Source of the DNA: a virus
DNA length: 64,000 nucleotides
IMG/VR virus record: IMGVR_UViG_3300030503_000287
Reading direction: 5' to 3' (one strand)
Each line of letters opens with the position of its first letter. Within the stretch, counting starts at the first letter, position 1. The notes under the pieces were generated by a model. It saw only the letters and a program-made list of their open reading frames with translations, had not been told where the DNA came from and did not search any database. The translations under genes were made by a program, and so were the position numbers. Below are positions 37,359 through 43,993 of this stretch, piece by piece.

Positions 37359-37548
37359 AATCTACATACTGATGAATTTCGTGAGTTGGTTTTGCCCAGG
37401 TTGCCGTAAATATTTCTTTGGCCCCAGATTCGAATTGAACTATAGCTTGTGTAAGGTTTCTGGTAACTATTAATTCTGTCACAATTCCATCGCCATAAAC
37501 ACTAACATGAACTCGTAGGCCAACTCGCACCTCCGCAACTTTCAACAT
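37345..37548 (-). CDS. hypothetical protein
   Basis: 67-aa ORF upstream of the ArsR gene. Confidence 0.45.
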   Translation of the reverse strand: MLKVAEVRVGLRVHVSVYGDGIVTELIVTRNLTQAIVQFESGAKEIFTATWAKPTHEIHQYVDFEKI

Positions 37549-37569
37549 AATTTTATCCTAATAAAATAT

Positions 37570-37655
37570 TGGTGCCAAAGACGAGACTTGAACTCGTAAG
37601 ACCTTTTGGGTCGGAAGGGTTTGAGCCCTCTGTGTTTACATTTCACCACTCTGGC
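37570..37655 (-). tRNA. tRNA-Leu (CAA), class II
   Basis: 86 nt. Acceptor GCCAGAG/CUUUGGC. Anticodon arm GAGGG-CUCAAAC-CCUUC. Variable-arm hairpin GACC-CAAAA-GGUC. T-arm ACGAG-UUCAAGU-CUCGU. CCA encoded. The D-loop lacks GG. Confidence 0.75.
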
Positions 37656-37780
37656 GTTAAATCTTACCCAAAAGAGAAATAGGGTGGAAAAGTTTATAAA
37701 TCTTGGACCAATTCCTATTTCTCTCCCGGTTCGCTGCAGCAAGGGAGATTTTATTTTTAGGTTACACCCTAATTAACCTA

Positions 37781-37856
37781 TGGTGTCAGCGGTAGGAATC
37801 GAACCTACGATTACCTGATTTTGTCAAGATGTCCTATCCAATTAGACTACACTGGC
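37781..37856 (-). tRNA. tRNA-like gene with non-canonical anticodon loop (ACAAAAU)
   Basis: 76-nt cloverleaf with CCA. T-arm GUAGG-UUCGAUU-CCUAC and a GG-containing D-loop. The anticodon loop has A32, C33 and A34-A36, with a U:U pair at the top of the stem. Confidence 0.55.
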
Positions 37857-37981
37857 ATAAAATGGCTGTCTATTCCAGCCTGTCAACGACCTGTTATCAT
37901 TATTGCGGCTATATTCGGTCGCTGAACATAACCGCTATTAACTCCATACCGTCTTATAGTTCAACATTTTAAAACCTCATT

Positions 37982-38058
37982 TGGCGGGCTGTGTTGGTTT
38001 CGAACCAACTTCTGCCGGTTTTGGAGACCGGAATGCTAACCCCATGCACCAACTACCC
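37982..38058 (-). tRNA. tRNA-Trp (CCA)
   Basis: 77 nt. Anticodon arm CCGGU-CUCCAAA-ACCGG. T-arm GUUGG-UUCGAAA-CCAAC. Discriminator G and CCA encoded. One A:A mismatch in the acceptor stem. Confidence 0.85.
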
Positions 38059-38195
38059 ACAATTCTATATTTTTAAATTCCTAAGCTGTTCGATCCAACA
38101 TTTAACTCTTTCCAATGAAGAGCACTTAGGAAGTTTCCGGGTCATGGCAAAGAGGTTCCCGGTTAGGTGCCTCTTCGCTCTCCGAAATTTTTTCT

Positions 38196-38263
38196 ATGGA
38201 ACGAAAGGAATCGAACCTTCACTACCTGCATGCTGGGTGTGCTCCCAACTACACTACACCCCA
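38196..38263 (-). ncRNA. degenerate tRNA-like gene with truncated anticodon arm
   Basis: 68 nt. Acceptor UGGGGUG/CGUUCCA (three G:U pairs). D-arm GUGU-AGUUGGGA-GCAC. T-arm GAAGG-UUCGAUU-CCUUU. Only 17 nt (CCCAGCAUGCAGGUAGU) where the anticodon arm plus variable loop should be. Confidence 0.4.
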
Positions 38264-38266
38264 TAG

Positions 38267-38731
38267 AAATTGTTTCCTCTGATATACATACCGGATTGTC
38301 TGCGCAGAGGTTTTCACCATGCTTTGTTTTAGTAAAACCGGTCTACAACTAAAACCTGTTCTATCAGAGAAATCCTCAAATCTTACAGGGTGCCGAATTC
38401 TTAATCCCAACACCCTGTTCTGTGTTTCGCTGTCACCAGCACACATATCTTCAAATCTGAGGGCTGCCAACCTATTCTCATTCTTTACAACGCTTTTCGC
38501 GTGACTCACTATGAGTCGGAAACAGGAACCATTACGGCAGCGCCAGTTCTGTTGCGCTCGATGTCACCGCAGCTCACGAGTCTTACCTGTTCCCACAGAC
38601 AACATATAGAGCTACTGGTAAGCGCCCAGTCGGCAAACATAAACGCTCACCAGTAGTTATTGCGCTTCATTAGAATGAAGCTAGCTATCTATGTCTTGGA
38701 AAAGAGGCTTTTCAAGCATAGACAACATATT
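38267..38731 (-). ncRNA. candidate structured non-coding RNA, class unknown
   Basis: About 465 nt without a convincing ORF, inside the tRNA island. Several 6-13-bp helices. Two helices need G:U pairs that exist only in the minus-strand transcript. Confidence 0.4.
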
Positions 38732-38887
38732 TTAGTGTGTTTTGAACAATAACGGAACAACAATCATTATTGCTAAAATTAACACAATCCAACCAAAAGT
38801 TCTTAAACCGTATATAAATTCTTCATAACGCCATGCATCACCCCAATTATCATCATCAGCTGGTTCTTCTTCAAACTCACTGACCAT
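38732..38887 (-). CDS. small tail-anchored membrane protein (51 aa)
   Basis: ATG 38887 overlaps the end of the upstream gene. MVSEFEEEPADDDNWGDAWRYEEFIYGLRTFGWIVLILAIMIVVPLLFKTH. Below the ORF-track cutoff. Confidence 0.45.
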   Translation of the reverse strand: MVSEFEEEPADDDNWGDAWRYEEFIYGLRTFGWIVLILAIMIVVPLLFKTH

Positions 38888-39083
38888 CTTGTTTACTCTT
38901 TTTAGCGCGCCGATTTATATGCCCAATACTTGTAGCGGCCTTTGCTTCAGCGCTCGTAAAGGAATGAGCTACACCAAGTTTATGAGCAGTTACTCCACCC
39001 ATAGCTGCTATTTCCTTACGTCGTTCAGGAGACATTGCAGCAAGACCGCGTTTCTTTTTAACTTCTGTTATTTCTATTGCCAT
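38877..39083 (-). CDS. KGG-repeat (YciG-like) stress-protein homologue
   Basis: RGLAAMSPERRKEIAAMGGVTAHKLGVAHSFTSAEAKAA resembles general stress protein repeats. Confidence 0.55.
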   Translation of the reverse strand: MAIEITEVKKKRGLAAMSPERRKEIAAMGGVTAHKLGVAHSFTSAEAKAATSIGHINRRAKKSKQDGQ

Positions 39084-39104
39084 TTTTTAATCCTAAAATT
39101 TCGA

Positions 39105-39140
39105 GCAGAGGGCGAATCCCGTCAGAAAAACTCCCTCTGC
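39105..39140. other. 8-bp GC-rich hairpin with 20-nt loop
   Basis: gcagaggg ... ccctctgc, followed by TTTT on the plus strand and by UCGAAAUUUU on the minus strand. Terminator or processing site. Confidence 0.3.
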
Positions 39141-39193
39141 TTTTGATCTACCAGCACCAACTGGTTTACTTCTAAAACTACCATCGTGTAATC

Positions 39194-39300
39194 CAGGAAG
39201 CTCAGGAATCGAACCTGAAGTGTTAGTCATCAAACCTCGATCAGCGAGCAGAATTGAACTGCCTTATCTTTCTACATGGTGATGTAACGATGCTAGTTAC
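39194..39300 (-). ncRNA. tRNA-like element(s) that do not fold into one cloverleaf
   Basis: Perfect T-arm UCAGG-UUCGAUU-CCUGA (39202-39218). A second arm GGCAG-UUCAAUU-CUGCU. A 5-bp/7-nt hairpin GUAAC-UAGCAUC-GUUAC. No matching 5' acceptor strand found. Confidence 0.3.
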
Positions 39301-39551
39301 CTCGTCTCGAAGTATTAAGAAGATTTACGTTATCTCTTAACAGTGTCGTCGTCCAGGCTCAATTACTTACTTCTTTAACCATGTATTTCTTTACTGGCTC
39401 AGTTTTCCGGTGTTACCCATATCCCCATACTGATTTAATGCACCGACGGGCACCGACTACAACCATCTCTCTTCTCTTATGTATCTATTATACACCTTCT
39501 CATCAAGAATTGCAAGTCTTTTTGAACAAATTTGAGAAAAAATGTCAAAAA

Positions 39552-39734
39552 TTATCTTGTACACCACGAATCGAGACCGGGAACGAAAATTCTACTTTCC
39601 TTACCACAAACAGAACACACCCAAATATGAAGACCAGGTTCTAACTTTATCATATTGGGAGGGTTGTGTTCTCGACTCTGACATATGTATAGCTCTTTTG
39701 GCTTTTCACTTTCTTTCAATGATCTGAATGGCAT
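39552..39734 (-). CDS. zinc-ribbon protein
   Basis: 60 aa with Cys18 and CSVC. Confidence 0.45.
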   Translation of the reverse strand: MPFRSLKESEKPKELYICQSREHNPPNMIKLEPGLHIWVCSVCGKESRIFVPGLDSWCTR

Positions 39735-39736
39735 TT

Positions 39737-40078
39737 TTATTCCTTTCCTGCGTTCAACATTTCTTCGAGTATGTTTTTATTAACTACATAATTATGAGCT
39801 TTGATTGAACAAAGAGTAGTTGTGATATTGTTATAAGATAAGGCCAAACTCTCCATCGCTTGAAGAGCTTCTTTTTTAGCCTTATTAGCTCTGTATCTAT
39901 ATGGTCGTAGAAGATAGTCTAAATATGACTTCTTTTGATAAGAGACGTTCATAAGACGTGACTTCTCTTCGTAGGTGTGATTGTTATATGAGGGATATCT
40001 CAGCCATTCCTTATAAGCCGCGTCACATTCTCTTCTGGCGGCAGCTACTTCTTCAATTGTCGGAAGTACATAAGTCAT
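39737..40078 (-). CDS. hypothetical protein
   Basis: 113-aa ORF in the array. Confidence 0.5.
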   Translation of the reverse strand: MTYVLPTIEEVAAARRECDAAYKEWLRYPSYNNHTYEEKSRLMNVSYQKKSYLDYLLRPYRYRANKAKKEALQAMESLALSYNNITTTLCSIKAHNYVVNKNILEEMLNAGKE

Positions 40079-40403
40079 TCATTTTCTCCACTAAATATTT
40101 CTCACAAGATCTGCTATTACTGCGACACAGTTCCATACCTTCTATTTCATAGGCTACGTTATCTTCGACACGTACAAGTACAAGCCAGGGCTTGACATAT
40201 ATCTGACAACCTATCCCAGCGAAGCACGACCCACTATTCTTCTTCCATATCTGATATATTCCATTTTCATGACGTTTAAATATCTTACCTGAATAGTCCA
40301 CTCCTGTTGTGGTTATTACACCATCCCATTCTCGAAAAGGTTGTCTACCTTGCTGACTTGCAAATATTTTATCGTTAAACATTTTTATCCTTATCATTTC
40401 CAT
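40053..40403 (-). CDS. hypothetical protein
   Basis: 116-aa ORF in the array. Confidence 0.5.
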   Translation of the reverse strand: MEMIRIKMFNDKIFASQQGRQPFREWDGVITTTGVDYSGKIFKRHENGIYQIWKKNSGSCFAGIGCQIYVKPWLVLVRVEDNVAYEIEGMELCRSNSRSCEKYLVEKMNDLCTSDN

Positions 40404-40561
40404 TCATGGCGTATCCAATAATCCCCAATAGAGTTATGATCATGCGCTACATAAAATGCTTGTTCACATTTACAGTTCAGGCATTGTCTGATAGTTGGTT
40501 TACCTACTGCATCGAACTTAATATAGTGCCAAGAGTGTCCAAATATACAGAGCCAACTCAT
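40394..40561 (-). CDS. small Cys/His protein (55 aa)
   Basis: ATGA coupling with the upstream stop. MSWLCIFGHSWHYIKFDAVGKPTIRQCLNCKCEQAFYVAHDHNSIGDYWIRHEWK. Below the ORF-track cutoff. Confidence 0.5.
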   Translation of the reverse strand: MSWLCIFGHSWHYIKFDAVGKPTIRQCLNCKCEQAFYVAHDHNSIGDYWIRHEWK

Positions 40562-40767
40562 TTTATACTATCCTTATCACGAGCAGTTATGATATCTGTT
40601 ATCAACTGTTGATGTTGCTTCTTCAACTCTTCAATTTCATGAAAAGTCTTGATTTCGTCTTCAATGATTTTCTTCCAGTCTTTAAATCGTTTGCGATCAA
40701 ACAGTATGTAATTAACTAAAGCAACCAACAAACCTGATGCGAAACCAATCACAAATGCATTATCCAC
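40558..40767 (-). CDS. small membrane protein
   Basis: 69 aa. N-terminal hydrophobic helix, then a charged helix. Confidence 0.5.
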   Translation of the reverse strand: MDNAFVIGFASGLLVALVNYILFDRKRFKDWKKIIEDEIKTFHEIEELKKQHQQLITDIITARDKDSIK

Positions 40768-42430
40768 CGTACACTCCTACCGTATCTGGACTCAATCGAG
40801 TCGCCAAGTCTTCATGTGCTGAAAGCGCATCATAGATTTTTTCATCAATAGTATTACGCGCAATTAGATCAATATAATGTACAGGTTGCTCCCTCCCTAT
40901 TCTGTGACTTCTATCCTGCGACTGAGAGCGCAACAAATAGCGCCAGGAGTTTGAGTGGTAGATATGGAAATCTCCGGTTTGAAGATTAGCCCCAAATGCC
41001 ATCTTCTGTATCTGCATAGTCATTATTTGTAAACCACTACTACGGTCCAGAAACTGTTTTTTGTATTCATCTCTAGTATCGTCTTTCGTACTCCCAGTAA
41101 TAGCTACAGTACCTACTATTTCATTGAGTTCGCGCTGAAGTCTGTAAACCTCATGGTTGTATCTACACCAAATTAATACCTTAATACTTGAATCACCACG
41201 AAGTCTTTCAATAGCAAAATTGCGTATCCAGTCAATCTTGTAGGAATCAAGTTCTGTAAGTACAGGTTCGGGTTGTGCCATATCTTCCCATATAGGAGCA
41301 TGACCACCAGCAATTTGATGTAACCGGAGCCATATAATTCCTTCACCGGCCAGACTTAACTCATTCCCCAGCGCAGACTCACCTTCTACCTTTACTCGTT
41401 CGTATAACTCACGGACGCTGGGAGGAAGGTCTAATCGTACTACTTCAAATGTCTGAGGCGGCAAACCAAGACATGTGGCTTTTGTAGCCCTATACCACTT
41501 AGGGCCGAGACGTGTAATAAGTCCGACAGGATCTATACATCCAACAGGTTTTAAGATAGTTTTATTGCTTAGAATTCGCTGGGGAACCATGTTTGCATAG
41601 CGATGTAAAAATTCATCATATGTCTCAGTAATATTCTCTGGGTCCACTATTTTCATCTGAGAATAAAGATTGCCTACGTTCTGGCTCATTGAAGTACCAG
41701 TTAGTTCAATCCGAATTCGTGGTGGACGAGCCAGTAAATGTGCAGCACGTGTCACTCTTGCGGACGTATTGAATAGATACCATGATTCATCAAAAGCCAC
41801 TACTTGAGGATCAAATCGTTCTAAGTATGGCCCCATCTTGGCGACTACTTCATAGTTGACAAAGACGATACCTTCCGTTGCTCGCTCCAACATTTTAATT
41901 CTAGTAGCAACAGGCTTGTTGATCGCAAGATTAGTAATATTAAGGTCATAGTTCTGTAATCGACCAATTTCCGCAATCCATTCCCCAGCGAGAGAACGAG
42001 GTAGTACCACCAATATGCGCTGTGCATTCCATACTTTGAAGAGAACTAGGGTAGATCTTGTCTTACCCGTACCCTGTTGTGATCCATTGAACTGGGATGT
42101 ATCGAGAGCAGCTAATGAACAAGATTCAAGTTGGTGAGGGAGAAGGTTCGCACCTAAGTAATCACTCCATTGCTTCACATATTCGACAGTATGAGGATCT
42201 CCTTGCATGAGACTGGAACGTACCTGCCTGTAAGCTGGTGTAGCATCATCTGGAATTGCAATAGATTCAGCAGCAAGTAATAATATACGGCTTGGTTTAA
42301 ATATCACAAATGGCGCATAAAAAGGACCTCCGCTCCGAGAATCCGAAATTTTACGGAGGTCTTTCAGTATCTTTTCATCGCCATGTGCTATCACGACATC
42401 AAGGCTTTGGTTGTAGTCTAAGGTATACAA
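40760..42430 (-). CDS. SNF2-family helicase
   Basis: GSQQGTGKTRS (motif I), VAFDESWYLFN (motif II), QSQDRSHRIGR (motif VI). Confidence 0.85.
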   Translation of the reverse strand: MYTLDYNQSLDVVIAHGDEKILKDLRKISDSRSGGPFYAPFVIFKPSRILLLAAESIAIPDDATPAYRQVRSSLMQGDPHTVEYVKQWSDYLGANLLPHQLESCSLAALDTSQFNGSQQGTGKTRSTLVLFKVWNAQRILVVLPRSLAGEWIAEIGRLQNYDLNITNLAINKPVATRIKMLERATEGIVFVNYEVVAKMGPYLERFDPQVVAFDESWYLFNTSARVTRAAHLLARPPRIRIELTGTSMSQNVGNLYSQMKIVDPENITETYDEFLHRYANMVPQRILSNKTILKPVGCIDPVGLITRLGPKWYRATKATCLGLPPQTFEVVRLDLPPSVRELYERVKVEGESALGNELSLAGEGIIWLRLHQIAGGHAPIWEDMAQPEPVLTELDSYKIDWIRNFAIERLRGDSSIKVLIWCRYNHEVYRLQRELNEIVGTVAITGSTKDDTRDEYKKQFLDRSSGLQIMTMQIQKMAFGANLQTGDFHIYHSNSWRYLLRSQSQDRSHRIGREQPVHYIDLIARNTIDEKIYDALSAHEDLATRLSPDTVGVYGG

Positions 42431-42630
42431 GAGTTCTGTTTCTCAAGTGCCATTTCATAATTCAATATGAGTTTATTTATAACAGGTTTGTTGTACCCAA
42501 TTGCGCTTACTGTATTCACAACGGCACGTGCCAAATCAAGAGGTGGTGTTAACTCACCGTGTTTTCTGGTCCATTGATTCATTAAGTATCGAATTGCTAA
42601 AGTAGATGGATCTACCCCGTAGTCGCTCAT
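42418..42630 (-). CDS. hypothetical protein
   Basis: 70 aa. The ATG is directly preceded by TAA in its own frame. Confidence 0.5.
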   Translation of the reverse strand: MSDYGVDPSTLAIRYLMNQWTRKHGELTPPLDLARAVVNTVSAIGYNKPVINKLILNYEMALEKQNSCIP

Positions 42631-42769
42631 TTATCGCTCCGAGATATTTCTGATATCCTGACTCTAAAGCTTCATTCCACTCATGTCTCTGACGTAACAA
42701 CCTTCTAATCTCAGGAGTGATTCTACGCTCAAGACATTGTTGAATAAGTTTATGTTGAGTATCTTGCAT
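42554..42769 (-). CDS. hypothetical protein, 3' end uncertain
   Basis: 71-aa ORF whose last 25 codons overlap the next gene. Confidence 0.45.
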   Translation of the reverse strand: MQDTQHKLIQQCLERRITPEIRRLLRQRHEWNEALESGYQKYLGAINERLRGRSIYFSNSILNESMDQKTR

Positions 42770-43110
42770 TATTTACTCATGTCGTCTAACGAATCCCGAT
42801 ACATGTTCTCGTAATGATCCGACTCTACCTTGTCATTCAATCTTTCAAGACGATCAATCTCAGCAACAATTAAAGCACCAGCTTTTTCAAGGTCACGAAT
42901 AGGGTTTGAGAACTTATCGATCCAATCAGGAGACCAACCCTCTGGCCATAAATGATCAATCAAATTCATGTCTTTGGTATGTTTTAATATATAACATACT
43001 GCAGCTTGAACCATCTCCCCATTAGTATATTGGTCATCCCGTTTAGAGTCAAAACCTTCTACCTTGATCTGTCTATTACGTTCCGCTTCTATTCTGCGTA
43101 TACCTGACAT
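42769..43110 (-). CDS. hypothetical protein
   Basis: 113-aa ORF. All-helical-looking, with WPEGWSPDW motif. Confidence 0.5.
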   Translation of the reverse strand: MSGIRRIEAERNRQIKVEGFDSKRDDQYTNGEMVQAAVCYILKHTKDMNLIDHLWPEGWSPDWIDKFSNPIRDLEKAGALIVAEIDRLERLNDKVESDHYENMYRDSLDDMSK

Positions 43111-43115
43111 ATGAT

Positions 43116-43301
43116 TTATCTTTCTCTCGATGCAGGAGTTTTGGCGGAAGGTTGAATCTCATAGAAAAACACATCCGAAATTCTTGGTATATTATCATTC
43201 CAAGTCTCAGATGAAATTGTTGCTTCTTCTATGGTTAAAATATCATTTTCAACAATTTCATCTTCTAAATTCAAGTTTAGAGCTACAATCATAAATGTCA
43301 T
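43116..43301 (-). CDS. hypothetical acidic protein
   Basis: 61-aa ORF. Confidence 0.4.
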   Translation of the reverse strand: MTFMIVALNLNLEDEIVENDILTIEEATISSETWNDNIPRISDVFFYEIQPSAKTPASRER

Positions 43302-43302
43302 A

Positions 43303-43377
43303 TGGGTCCCTCGGCTGGATTCGGACCAGCATTAGCGCCTTCAAAGGGCGTTTTCCTGCCAATTAAAAGACAAGGGA
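43303..43377 (-). tRNA. tRNA-Gln (UUG) with atypical T-loop
   Basis: 75 nt. Acceptor UCCCUUG/CGAGGGA. Anticodon arm ACGCC-CUUUGAA-GGCGC. T-arm GCUGG-UCCGAAU-CCAGC (C at position 55). CCA encoded. Confidence 0.6.
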
Positions 43378-43381
43378 TCAA

Positions 43382-43636
43382 TTAAGATCCCTGTTGGACA
43401 GTCTTCTTCACTCGCGGAAATGGTTTGCGCTTTGTATATTCAAAGTTTCCAGCAGTTATGTATTGATGAAATTCTTCTGAGGACACAAGATATTCCTTAC
43501 CAATTTTCTGGCCATGAAGCTTGCCGTCACGAACCAACTTCACAATATGATGACGCGGAACACCAAGTTTCTCAGCTATCTTCTCAACGCTGAGATATTC
43601 TTGCTCCCCAATCACAACTGTTTCTTGCTCTGCCAT
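43382..43636 (-). CDS. excisionase/MerR-type HTH DNA-binding protein
   Basis: Start moved to ATG 43636 (AGGAG RBS; the promoter lies in the longer ORF). LSVEKIAEKLGVPRHHIVKLVRDGKLHGQKIGKEYLV. Confidence 0.6.
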   Translation of the reverse strand: MAEQETVVIGEQEYLSVEKIAEKLGVPRHHIVKLVRDGKLHGQKIGKEYLVSSEEFHQYITAGNFEYTKRKPFPRVKKTVQQGS

Positions 43637-43671
43637 GCTTACTCCTAAATTATTGTAGTACTTTCCTTTAT

Positions 43672-43700
43672 AGTATAGCACAATTTTTCATATTTTGCAA
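43672..43700 (-). promoter_or_regulatory. sigma70-type promoter
   Basis: Minus strand reads TTGCAA, 17 nt, TGcTATACT. Confidence 0.6.
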
Positions 43701-43719
43701 TAGTGGTAAAGGAAAGATA

Positions 43720-43944
43720 TTATAATAAGTGTGATTCCAAATCTTTCTTATCTAAGGTCCAATATATTCGGAACCATATTTCTCTACCGCATACCCCTTC
43801 GAGTTGTTGAATTATCCATATAGACTGTAACCAAACCGTAACATATCTATCTCCATTATTCGAAGAAAGAATTATTGGTTTCCATGCGAATATACGACGT
43901 ACTCGTTTATCGCCAATGTTTGTAGGTTTATGGTCCCAGTGCAT
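43720..43944 (-). CDS. hypothetical protein
   Basis: 74-aa ORF. Confidence 0.45.
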   Translation of the reverse strand: MHWDHKPTNIGDKRVRRIFAWKPIILSSNNGDRYVTVWLQSIWIIQQLEGVCGREIWFRIYWTLDKKDLESHLL

Positions 43945-43993
43945 TATTTATCCAACTCTTCCAGGTATTTACGAACGGCCCTGTAAATTTTTA

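Noticed and set aside
36428-38509. ORF-track ORFs 36428..36853(+), 36376..36573(-), 37542..37742(-), 37991..38266(+), 38167..38352(+), 38249..38509(-) and 38319..38504(+).
   Set aside because: They overlap tmRNA and tRNA genes or structured spacers, lack RBSs, and have odd composition. They are treated as non-coding.
38267-38731. RNase P RNA (GCAACAGA and ACAGACAAUCCGGUAU resemble conserved regions).
   Set aside because: The universal GGAAAGUCCGG (CR-I / P4 5' strand) is absent and I could not build a P4 helix. Group I P/Q/R/S elements and group II domain V are not convincing either.
36463-39300. tRNA 3' fragments as a phage attP site.
   Set aside because: No integrase or excision module is adjacent (the only excisionase-like HTH is at 43.4 kb with no recombinase), and there are several such fragments rather than one.
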